A DNA stretch of 64,000 nt, taken from the NCBI RefSeq assembly GCF_964204645.1, contig NC_134032.1, forward strand, positions 11,148,275 to 11,212,274, read 5' to 3'. The stretch is from Tubulanus polymorphus. Its lineage: Eukaryota; Animalia; Nemertea. This document shows positions 39,175-50,754 of this stretch, in pieces; position 1 is the first letter of the stretch; every line of letters begins with the position of its first letter. The translations under genes were made by a program, and so were the position numbers. Below the pieces are notes generated by a model, which was not told the origin of the DNA, searched no databases, and saw only the letters and a program-made list of their open reading frames with translations.

Positions 39175-42100
39175 CTATACATATTGAATTGTTGTTGGAT
39201 TACTTGGTTGGTTGCTTGTTGGGTCATTGATTTGTGAAATACGTCGAAATAGATACGACGTTAAGGTGATCATTTGTAGGTTTCCATCTACTACACCATC
39301 AATTTTTGCCCAAGGCTGGACCTCGCTGCTTCCTATGACCATATAAACGAATGCACCAATTACACCAACGCCTGAGCATATGCATAAAAATATTTGCCAC
39401 TCTTCTCTCGTTTGCTGCAAGGAGAAAATGGAAAAACCATAGATATTGTACATGTATATATAGCATTATGTTAAATTGTCAAAATGTCTCAACTGTCCTG
39501 AACAAGGTTAGAAAAATATACGCGCTTTTAGCGTATATATCTATTTACGTGTTCAGTTATAATCCCAGCGATTGCTGGGCCAAGTAAACCTGCAGCCGAT
39601 GAAAACGTGGACGCCACTCCCACCAACAAACCAGCGTATTTTGGGGCAATATCCACTAAGTTACAGAAGATCACACTGCACGGGCATCCCAGCGCCGCTC
39701 TTCCCGCAACAAGGAGAACTAACGCTAAACTAACGTGAAAACAATCGATGAATCCCAAACTAAAGATGAAAGTCGACGAAGCAATCAATCCTGAAAGGTA
39801 CGGTAATTGTTTTCGATATACACATTCCGAAATCGTTGCAGACTGAATAACATTACGAATGAACTGTAATTTGGCAAAGCTTACCAGCAGAATAGAATAT
39901 TTTCCGTGTCAATGTGATTTTTTCAGGATATTTCTTGATCAGAAAATCGGCAGTAATTCCGCTAAGTATTAGAAATACCCACATCATTGCACTACATATT
40001 GACGAGTACATTCCAATCTGCAAAAAAAATAATTTCATCGAATTGAATGCCTAGCAAATATGATATGCGTTTCTTAAAACCGAACTAAATTTCTCATTAA
40101 ATGAAATTTTCATTCATACAGAATATCAATCAAGTTTATGCGTCTATCTATAATAGTTTATTTCACGACATTCATTTAGATTATCAGTCATTGATTACGT
40201 GCAACCAAAAATTCATAAAGCCTGTGCCAGTTCAGGTTTGCCAATCTAATATAAAGCCCAACGCCGCATGACGCGGGGAAACACGGAAACACGGAAACAA
40301 GAGATGGAAACGTGTGTCCAGAGCGTTTCTCTGTGTCGTGTGCGTTAACGAGAAACAACGTTTCCTAGATAAAAACATGGTGCATGCGTAACGTCATACT
40401 CTTTCGACAAACTTAAAGAATCAATGATCCAACCAGCAACCAACGACCAAGTCAGCCTGTATACTATTTCAGCAAAGTTTTAATCGTTCAGCATCTTTAT
40501 CTTCTTTCTACTTCAGATTACAATCTATTACAATTCTCTACCAGAAGAGCTTGTTCTGAACTCCACTCAGCTCTCCAAAGCCGTTTAAAGAGACTCTTCG
40601 CAAGCTCTCTACCAAGCTCTGCCTTAATTTCAAAATTCGAACCTATTCATATCAGTTTATCATGCGGGTTGAGGATGATATTTAGATTTTGACCTAATTT
40701 GGTAATTCTAGTTTATCTAGTGCTTAGTAACTAGATATTCTAGGCTGGGTGTCGGCAACAGAATGAATCATTATTGAAGAATTATTAAAAACGATTCGAT
40801 TAATAAATATGAAATTATTTCAACACAACCAGGATGAAAAATGATGTTTTTATGTATACATATAATGTGACGATGACCGCATCGTTGAGTCCGGGGTTCT
40901 GTCGTTCCCTTCATTGGTCTATTACATTGCCCAGGACAGGTTGCCGCTAAAGCCCGGCGTAAGTAAGTGGGTTCCCGTGTTTGCCGTTATCCAGAATAGT
41001 GTTCTGCAAGGCAAATTCCCACACGCTACACTCGAACAAGAGAATTCGGAGAAATAAAACCCTGAACATTTATTGATGAAAACTGTCTAGCTCAGGAATT
41101 CTTATCGTAGCTTGAGTATTTCTGAAGAATGATAGTTACATAACTTTGTCAAATAAAAGGAAAGGTAATTCGCATGATTAGGTTTTAACCTTTGTAAGAC
41201 TTACCGATTTGATACCGAGCTTTAGAACGTCATTGATGTACGACGGCGTCACTGCCAGAAAGGCAAAGTTCATCCAGGAAAAACAAAAAAATCCAATATT
41301 CAAAGCCCATATTGGACTAGACTTTATAAAACTACTCCACGGGATGTCTTTCAAAACCTGCAAATGTATGTGTGTAAAGTCTGTGATAACATGAGGTGAA
41401 ATTAAATATAATATGGGAAAATTACGGCAAACGGTACTTGGAAAGTTAACTCGATTTCACTATAAGTACGAGTTTTCGTTACATTCGTACGATAGCTTCA
41501 CCAGAAAGGCGAGTTAAGTCAATGCAGAAACAATAGTATTTATGTGGGGTAATACTAATTAGAGAATTGCGTTTTACTTTCATCTGATGATTCGATACAT
41601 AGAAAGCTTAGAAATAGGAGAACAGTCAATGGAGAACCAACAGTATTTCTGGTGAGAGATTGAGATTTGCGTTTTACTTTTACTGATTCGACATCAGGTC
41701 ATCCTCGCATGCGAGAGTTATTTGATTGCCACTCAGCGGCCACCTGTTCGCCCACGAAATCTTGGGTGATGTAACTGGGGTGTTACTAAAACACTACTAA
41801 AACGAAGAAGACCGACCATTTTACGTTTCATATGCGTTTGTCTATATCTGGTATTGCCTACACTCATTGGCAGAGGTGGTTGAATGCACAGATAACGCCC
41901 CTAGTGATGATTTTAATGAGTGTCTTCGGTCTTCGTTTTAGTCATGCATGGTTTTAGTATCGCAAAGGGCATAGGTCTTCGTTTAAGTAGTGCATAGTCT
42001 TAGTAACACCCGATGGAATAGACCAATATAGGGTTTGCACGAGCTTCGGCGATAGGCAATTAAACCCGGGCGAGTGAGGATGCATCAGGTTAATACGTCT

Positions 42101-43810
42101 TCTCCCCACACTTCCTCATCCGTGTCAAGGAAACTTACAAAAACTTTTGACAGGCTTTCTTCTAACTGCCCGGTTAAAGAATCCTGTATATACTTTTTCT
42201 CAGCTGCCGATATTCTGGGATGTTGTTCCGGGGTATCGTAAGCGATAAAGAACCAGCAAATACACCGAACACACGATAGTCCACCAAAAGTGTAGAAAAT
42301 CGACGGCCATCCGAGATATTCACAAAATACACCCGAAAGCGCAAGGTTCACAATTGAACCCATATTTCCACCTGAAATGGATTTCTACAACGTTATTTGC
42401 TGTACGTACCTCAGACAGGGTGGCCACTTTTAATTCGCCTTTCTCTGACAATTCCCTGACATGTTAATTGTTTTTCCTGACTTTATCTGCTAGGAAATCT
42501 ATAATCGATTCCTTTTCCCATATTCCCCTGATGTCCAATGGCCACTCCGTTAAGAGTTAATTGTACGATTACATGACAATGCAGTAATACACTACCTGCA
42601 ATGGCTATAACAGTCAGCCTACTTCTCTCAAACGGTGGAGCCCAGGCCGCCATTACGGACGATAATGCCGGAAGTGCAAAGCCCTTGAATCAAAAAGACT
42701 TATTTATGATATCGATGTAATTTTCCGTATTTACTATAGCTAATGCACTTACCTGACAAAATCCGGTAATGAATCGGAGTGTGATAACTAGATAAGGACT
42801 AGCTGTAGAAGCAATGGGAATCAACAATGTGGCTACAGTCGATACTGCAGTTGTTGTCCCGAATGTAACGCGTCCTCCGTACTTAGATACGATCATACCC
42901 GCCGGGAAAGAAGTGACTACATATCCCCAGAATATTGAACTAAGGATCAAACCTTGAGTTTCTTTCGACCAAATGAAACTTCCTTCCTGATCAAATAAGA
43001 AAATATCATGAAGCATGAATGATGTACTGTTTATAACTATCATCAACGCTCGGCTGTGTTTACCAGGTCATCCAAATTCATGTATCATAACAGTGCATCG
43101 ATTCCCAAGTTCGGAGTTTAATGAATACTCGGATGTTTGTTTTCTTAGATGTTTTAAGAGTTTCCTGCTACCCGAGAAATCAGTAAACATAAAAACAAAT
43201 AGTACTTCGAAGGTTTACGCGATTAAGAACAATACGAGCTTTCGCTTTCTATTGTTTGTAATTATCTTCATCATTAATTAAATGATGATGATACCAATAT
43301 AAGTAGCACTCTGTGGCTTCCTGATAAAGCTCCTAATATACTAGTAGCGAGAGCTTGTACTTTTTGATAAGATTCAGCAAACCCCCAAAGTATAAGTGAT
43401 TTGACACCAGTTAACACTGCTCCTCGACTAAGATGCTACCTGATAGTCAGATTGATAACCTGAACTCCTACTTGAAGAACACTGTACGCTGTCATCTCGC
43501 ATTGACCAGTTCCCTTCCGGTGAAGTTAAATCTTCTACTGCGGTATGGTTCACCATGCAAATTATTGCTACACTTATACTCGCTTTTATAGCAACCAGAC
43601 AGAAATATCCGTATGAGATAACAAGCGCCAACGCTAAACGGGATGAGCCAATCCATGTATCTAGATCAATATAATGCCAGCAAATTCTATACAATATGCC
43701 CACCTTTCTTTCGAATAGATATAAAAGATACTTTCTGACTGAGTATCATCTATCTTCAGAAAATTATCAATGACATACTTACTGCCTTTCTTTTCGTCAG
43801 AAATTGTCAT
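39175..43810 (-). CDS. SLC17-like paralog 2, 9 exons
   Basis: Same exon set and motifs as paralog 1; first exon 43783-43810; extended C-terminal tail; no stop seen in the exons. Confidence 0.85.
40440..40790 (+). mobile_element. Probable LINE 3' remnant in an SLC17 paralog 2 intron
   Basis: Fragmentary SFYFR...YNSLPEELV...FKETLRKL resembles LINE ORF2 C-termini. Absent from the paralogous introns. Confidence 0.4.
41700..42082. mobile_element. hAT-type MITE with 8-bp target duplication CATCAGGT, containing a nested TIR element (about 41777-42011)
   Basis: CATCAGGT|CATCCTCGC...GTGAGGATG|CATCAGGT. Empty site CACCAGGT in paralog 1 at about 34540. Inner element GGGTGTTACTAA...TTAGTAACACCC. Confidence 0.85.
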
Positions 43811-44355
43811 TTTTCTATCGAGTCACTGCTGCTAGAAATGAGCTTAATTTCGTTTGCGTATCCTATATGAATTTGTCACATCTGCCGGAGCGAAGCACGG
43901 GATCTATGAATAATTCTGGATAAAGAACTGCAGTCTGGATTTGACGATCGCGGTGACGTCATGGCGGATCTAGAGCGGTAGCACAAGAAGTACACGCTTC
44001 CCTCGCAATAAACCATTTTACAGTTGCTAGCCGCCATTTCGTGCTTTTCGGACAGCAGCTTCCAGGGAAATTTTTCCATCCGCAAATACTAGATCAGCAG
44101 CAAATGACTTTGGCCTAACCGCCGAATCATTATTCACACGAACAACGAACTTATCTATTTAATAGGATTGATATGTACCTGAATATATATTCGAGACCTA
44201 TCTGCACCAGAAAAAGATTTCGTTCATGAAAGCATTACAAAATATAGAACTGCCGAAATGCGAATCAAATTAAAAGGGACTATTTAGCTGAGTGTAATGG
44301 ATTGTGACAGAAACTGGTGGCTTGATTCACTCGATTTATAGTTTCAGACGCATTA

Positions 44356-45106
44356 AGGCTGGCTTATGTCGACAAGCAACGCGACGCCTACCGACGCAAC
44401 TGGGTTTATCACCGATTAGCGGCAACTAGCGGCCTACGAGAGGCCGCCAGTTGCTGTTCAATCGGTTCGACATAAGCCGGCTTGCGACGGCAACCAGACG
44501 CCCACCGACTCGTCGCAAGCCGTATCCGGCTAGTTGCCCATGTTCTACTCCGGCCAACGGTAGGCGGACAGTTGCTTTCGATCGCAACCGACATAAGCTC
44601 TTCTGCGACGCGACGGAACTGAGCGCAGGGGTTCCAGCCGATAAGAGACCGCATACATAGTACAAATTATCACCGCTAGTTTGCGTCATTCGTAATTAGT
44701 CATAAACTTTCAAATTCAAGTAGTTCAAAACGTAAACGAAACCTTCTGCACGGCAGATGACTGGGCCGAAGATCTAGAAACGAAATTGGTAGAATTATGG
44801 TGTGAGCGGCCATCTTTATATAATGTCGCTAGCACATTGTATTCAAAACAGAATCAGAAAGATAAAGATCTTAAAGAAAAAGCTTTTCTAATAGAAATAT
44901 ATTTCCCAATAATTCAAATTTATTCTCAAAATGCTTATCACGTGACCATTTGAGCCGTTGCAGTTGCTAGAAATCGTAACTGACATAAGCAGGGTAGCAA
45001 CTGGGAGGATCTCGTATCCCGCTAGTCGTCCTCAGTTGCTGCGAATCGGAGCGCAGTCGACATAAGCTGGGCTGCGATCGCGGTTGCTCTCAGTTGCGTC
45101 GGTAGG
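44356..45106 (+). mobile_element. Non-autonomous Harbinger-like element carrying a MADF/Myb-SANT fragment
   Basis: GGCTGGCTTATGTCGAC left end and repeated GACATAAGC motifs. CCTACCGACGCAACTG (44387) is inverted at 45091-45106. 44762-44893 encodes WAEDLETKLVELWCERPSLYNVASTLYSKQNQKDKDLKEKAFLI. Confidence 0.7.
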
Positions 45107-45339
45107 ATATTGCACCGAAATGAAAATAATATCAATACTTGTTTTTGCTTCATCACTGATGCACGTAATTGCAAAAGCATAATATCTGTAGTATCCCACG
45201 TGATAAATAAACATTACAATTTGAAAGTACAAATAATAATCCCAATGATAATCATTGAATCATAAGATGATCAGATTACCTCGATTTAGTTTCAGCTGCA
45301 TTTAGCAAAGGATATCATCTGCGAAGATCATCGATGTAA

Positions 45340-45640
45340 TAATATTCGTTCATACGAAATATTTTGGCTAGCATTCGCTTCCCATATAATCTGTAAACTC
45401 TCGTCTGTATTGATGACAGGTTTCCGATGTCGCGGACAGGAAATATAACGGGAACTACGAGACTATAATTTTATTCGCTATTAGATGGTTTGGTATCACG
45501 TTTGACCCACGATAATATTTATTTCCGCAGCGAGTGCTTTAAAACCTTTCATAGGATACTCGACGATTTTTACAGCTATAGGCGTTACACATTTTTTGTA
45601 CTCCTTCACTTCTGTTGCTGTAAGAGATATTATGACTGGG
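45340..45640 (+). pseudogene. SLC18-like pseudogene E (3' remnant only)
   Basis: Close match to 38180-38520, including GATGTCGCGGACAGGAAATATAACGGGAACTACGAGACTATAATTTTATTCGC. Confidence 0.8.
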
Positions 45641-45811
45641 TGATTGGTATCATAGGCATCCCTGCCTGTTTCTATAAACATATATATGTGATTTTCATTT
45701 GATGAATTTTAAAAAAAATATCAGCAGGTATTGCCAAAAACTAATGGATCTACATGTGCTTCTTTAAACAAACAAACTATATGGATATGCAGTAACGTTC
45801 TATTCCTTGTT

Positions 45812-48800
45812 TCAGTTGTAAATCTTCTTTGAATCATTTGTTAGCTTTGAGTTTTCATCCCGCGTTTGGTTATGCGATATATTTTGCAATTCTTTGTCTG
45901 TCGCGCTATCAATCTTTGCCCAAGGCTGGACCTCGCCGCTTCCTATGACCAAATAAACCAGTGCACCAAATACGCCAACACCTGCACATATGCATAAGAA
46001 CAATTGCCATTCTTCTCTCGTTTGCTGCAAGTATAAAATTATTAACCAAATGGGTCATATAGCATCATTTCAAATCATTGTCAAAATGTCTCAACTGTCT
46101 TAAAAATATTAGCTTTATGCGCCTATTTCTACTTACGTGTTCAGTCATAATCCCAGCAATTGCTGGGCCAAGTAAGCCTGAAGCCGATGAAAACGTGGAC
46201 GCCACTCCTACCAACAAACCAGCGTATTTTGGGGCGATATCCACTTGGTTACAGAAGATCACACTGCACGGGCATCCCAGCGCTGCTCTTCCCGCAATAA
46301 GGAGAACTAACGCTAAACTAACGTGAAAACAATCGATGAATCCCAAACTAAAGATGAAAGTCGACGAGGCAATCATTCCTGAAAGGGAAATGTTATCAAC
46401 ATACACATTCTGAAATCATTGCAGACTGAATTAGATTCCAACTGAATCAATTAACTGTAATACGGCAAAACTTACCAACAGAAAAGAATATTTTCCGTGC
46501 CAAAGTGATTTTATCAGGATATTTCTTGATCAGAAAATCGGAGGTAAATCCGCTAAGTATTAGAAATACCCACATCATTACGCTACATATTGACGAGTAG
46601 ATTCCAATCTGCAACAGAGAATTTCATTGCATTGAATGTCTAGCAAAAAGTGCATGTATCTACTTTTAAATGGAACTATAGATTTGTTTCATTATTCATA
46701 TACACGATTAGTCATTGATTACCTAGCACTTTTCGTCATAATATGAATGGTATTGGAAATTCATTTAAAAAGCAGTTCATTGGTGACGGAAAATAAAAGC
46801 CTGAACATTTGTTGTCGAATTTGTTGAAAACCCCAAGCCTAACTCGTTGTTATCAAACTTAGGATTGATTTCTCTCCTGGCTGTAGCATCCCAGAGAAAT
46901 ATGATGGTTACAATACTATAAATCCCAAGTTCATGGTTAGTTTTGTCAAAAAGGGATAGGTAACGCGTATGGTGAAGTTTCTAATCCTTGTACGACTTAC
47001 CGATTCGATGCCAAGCTTTAGCACGTCGTTGATATACGACGGTGTCACCACCAGAAAGGCAAAATTCAACCAGGAAAAACAGAAATATCCAATATTCAAT
47101 GCCCATATTGGACCAGACTTTATGAATCTACTCCACGGGACGTCTTTCGATACCTGTAAATATATGTGTGTGTATAAAGTCTTCGATAACACGATATAAA
47201 AAATATGAAAATAAGGAAATTTGTGGTAAAAATAGTACTAGGATTTTATCTCTAATAATTGCTAGTAGTTGAGTAGTTGCTCGTAGATTTTACCAAGAGT
47301 ATTAGCTTTCGCCCTTCTTGTGTAGTATCTTCATCAGAAAAAAGAGCACAGTCAATATACACACAAAATTACGTTTTACTTCGACTTATTGGACACGGTT
47401 TCTCCCCAAAATTCTCATCATTCGTCTCAAGGAAACTTACAAAAACTTTCAACTGGTTTTTTTCCATCTGCCCGGTTAAAGAATCCTGTATATACTTTTT
47501 CTCAGCTGCCGAAATTCTGGGATGTTGTTCCGGTGTATCGTATGCGATAAAGAACCAGCAGAAACACCAAACACACGATAGTCCACCAAAAGTGTAAAAA
47601 ATCGACGGCCATCCGAGATATTCACAAAATACACCAGAAAGCGCAAGGTCCACTATTGTTCCCATTTTTGCACCTGAAATGAATCTCAATCACGTAATTT
47701 GTTGTACTTACCTCAGACTCACAAAAACAACATGTACACGAAAAAAACGCAATAATAAACTACCTGCAATGGCTATAACAGTCAGCCTACTTCTCTCAAA
47801 CGGTGGGGCCCAGGCCGCCATCAAGGAAGATATTGCTGGAAGCGCAAAGCCCTTGAATCAAAAATACTTATTTGTTATCAATGTAATTAGTCCTGATTTC
47901 CAAAATTTGGAACGGACCTGGATCGGTCTATAAATGTAGAAATCTGGATGGGTCTGGTTAGGTCGGTCGAATTTGGAACGGTCTAAAATGGAACAGCTAA
48001 TTTGGAACGGATATGGAATGGATTTTGATAGTGTGAACGCTTGGTCTGTTCCTGGTCTATAAAACTACGTATTAGTCCATGGTCTGTTCCAAGTTGGAAT
48101 GGGCCAAGTTTAAACCGTTCACAATAGCGTGAATGCGTCTCATAGCTAATGAAAACGCTTACCTGGCAAAGACCGGTGATAAATCGAAGAGTGATGACTA
48201 GATAAGGAATAGCTGTAGAAGCAATGGGAATCAACAATGTGGCTACAGTCGATACTGCAGTTGTTGTCCCGAATGTGACGCGTCCTCCGTACTTTGATAC
48301 GATCATACCCGCAGGGAAAGAAGTGACCAGATAACCCCAGAATATTGAACTAAGGATCAAATCTTGAGTTTCTTTCGACCAAATGAAACTTCCTTCCTGA
48401 TCAAATGAGAAGATATTACAAAGTATTAGCGTATGTGCGTCGAGTTTTATGTTCGGAGTTTGATGAGTGCACGGATTTTGTTAGTAAAAACTGTTTCTCC
48501 TGCCGTCTAAAATATCAGAAAACCTTAAGACATAGTACTTCGGAGGTTAACTTTATTTCAGTAAGAGCTTTCGAAATTACGAGCTTTCGCTTCTAGTGTA
48601 TTATAGCAGCTTCGTAGTTTTCATAAATTCAGTAAACCTTCGAGGTACTATTCGTCTGAACGTTACTGATTGGACACCAGATTAAAACACGGCCCTACCA
48701 CAACCTTGCTACCTGATATTTAGATTTATGACCTAAACTCCATTTTGAAGAAAATTTTACGCTGTCTTCGTCTGGTTTCGACCAATTCCCTTCCGGTAAT

Positions 48801-49068
48801 GCTAACTCTTTTACTGCGGTATGGTTCACCATGCAAACTACTGCTACACTCATACTCGCTCTTATAGCAGCCATACAAAAATATCCGAAAGATATGAAAA
48901 TCGCCAACGCTAAACGGGATGAGCCAATCCATGTATCTAGATGGAAATATATACGAGATTCTGTGTAAATGTCCCCTTATCGAACAGATAAAGTGATACA
49001 TTTTAATCATCGTCTATTTTCGGAAAAATATCAATTGCATACTTACCGCCTTTATTTACATGTGTCAT
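45812..49068 (-). CDS. SLC17-like paralog 3, 9 exons
   Basis: Same exon set and motifs; first exon 49047-49068; retains the TM1 Arg (AAIRASMSVAVVCMVNHT). Confidence 0.88.
47890..48140. repeat. Insertion rich in TTGGAACGG units, specific to intron 3 of paralog 3
   Basis: Repeated TTTGGAACGG/GGTCT motifs; the intron is about 90-100 bp in paralogs 1 and 2. Confidence 0.55.
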
Positions 49069-49269
49069 TTTTGTATATTGAGCCTCTGCATCGCGCATTA
49101 TATGACAGATTTCTAACCATTACCGGGTATCGTTTGATTATATCACCTGTACACGCAGTTCATTTATGGATATTCGACGTCTGATTCGTTTTGAACCCGG
49201 TTTTAATCTGCTGTAAATGGCTGCGTGCCCTTTGCAAGCCACATCTGCCCGAACGAAGCACGGGATTTA

Positions 49270-49415
<146 letters not shown>

Positions 49416-50329
49416 TATAAAAATAATGCACTATCACATTCGATATACTTTGACCAGGGAAGTGTATTCACACTTCCCTGCTTTGACCAATTACTGTGAA
49501 ACATTGAGTCCATGCTTTGACACGATGAAGGTCCCCAGCATGCCAGGGCTGTATACACTCTATGACTACGGAGCCCCAGATATGAGAATGAAGCTGATAC
49601 AAAATTAGAAGAGAAAAAGCAGAAGAAGGCACCGATATAAAAAGGGAAAACTCCAAAAAGAAAAAAATTAAGGAATTATAAAATAGAAGGGATGATAACC
49701 GATAATGCGTCTGATGAGTCCCTTTCTGAAGTTTACAATGAGGGTTGAAACATTTTTCTTATTGTTCAGTAATTATTATGGTTCAAATTTTTGAAAATAA
49801 ATTGCATTGCGAGTAACTGTACAATGAAGGTCGAATTTATATGGTTGAACCAATAGTCGGTTGAACTGCAGATGATTATGCTTAAGAATTAATTACGGCA
49901 TATAATGTCGGCTAAATATTCAAATCGTACGTTATCATTACAAAAGCCATCTGATGTCTGATGCATGTTCCACGCGCAAAAGGTTTTGGTTATGGATATT
50001 GACGTTATCAAAATCGTTGATTTCGCAATATATGTACCTCGACACATTGGATATGTGTGAGATAATTTACGATAACTTTCTCCTACCTAATAAATAGTAT
50101 AAGGAGGTGTATGTTTGTTTGTTTGGCTTTACCTCGTTTGGATCTTGGTTTCCTGGCAGTAACTTGAAGTGTTGCCCGTAAAAAGATCACACAAGAAAAA
50201 TTCAATACAGCAAAGATACAATACAGCGGCATTGGTATATACTACAATTTTCAGATTCTAAATTTAGTTTCATGGCGTTGATTATTTTCACAGGTTTAGC
50301 AATTCATTGTACACGAGAGTACATTGTAC

Positions 50330-50490
50330 TTGGACGTTTCCCAAAATTTGTCTGGTAATTGACTTTTTCCTTGTGGACATATAATGATGAAATTCGTCAC
50401 CTAAACTACATTTTTCACAAAATCGTTCATGCCTTGCAAGATTGAAACGTTCCTTTTCCATAGGAAGCGTGATTGTGTGATTGATATATT
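50330..50490 (-). mobile_element. LINE ORF2 C-terminal zinc-knuckle remnant
   Basis: Minus strand reads LPMEKERFNLARHERFCEKCSLGDEFHH, like the LPIETGR..R.C..C..GDEFH motif of non-LTR retrotransposons. Confidence 0.55.
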
Positions 50491-50600
50491 ACGAGTAAAT
50501 GCGCTACTTTGGAGCCACCCTCTGTTTACTCACGACCGTGAGCTACTTCAGAAACATGGGATTCGAAACCGCCGGTTTCCACACAACCACAAGCCAATGC

Positions 50601-50625
50601 TAATATGGCGGCCTCCATGAAATAA
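50601..50625 (+). promoter_or_regulatory. YY1-like motif/short uORF near the probable SFI1 transcription start
   Basis: AATATGGCGGC followed by ATG GCG GCC TCC ATG AAA TAA, 150 bp upstream of the SFI1 ATG, with CCAAT at about 50594. Confidence 0.35.
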
Positions 50626-50754
50626 CTTGAAACTCACCACCGAAGTTAAACTTTTCAGTCTTCTGCCTAAGTTTCGAGGGAGAAGTTTCCAAAACACAGT
50701 CATCTCTAACAAACTGTTTCCCCTCGAGTGGTTTGAACACTGGATAGTGAAATA

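Noticed and set aside
32988-49068. Calling the SLC17 genes VGLUT or SLC17A5 orthologs
   Set aside because: Diagnostic residues (TM7 Arg, TM4 Glu/His) are absent, and orthology needs a phylogeny.
50040-50245. Possible small minus-strand exons divergent from SFI1
   Set aside because: They lie just 3' of a LINE remnant, have no recognisable homology, and the splice-like sites could be chance.
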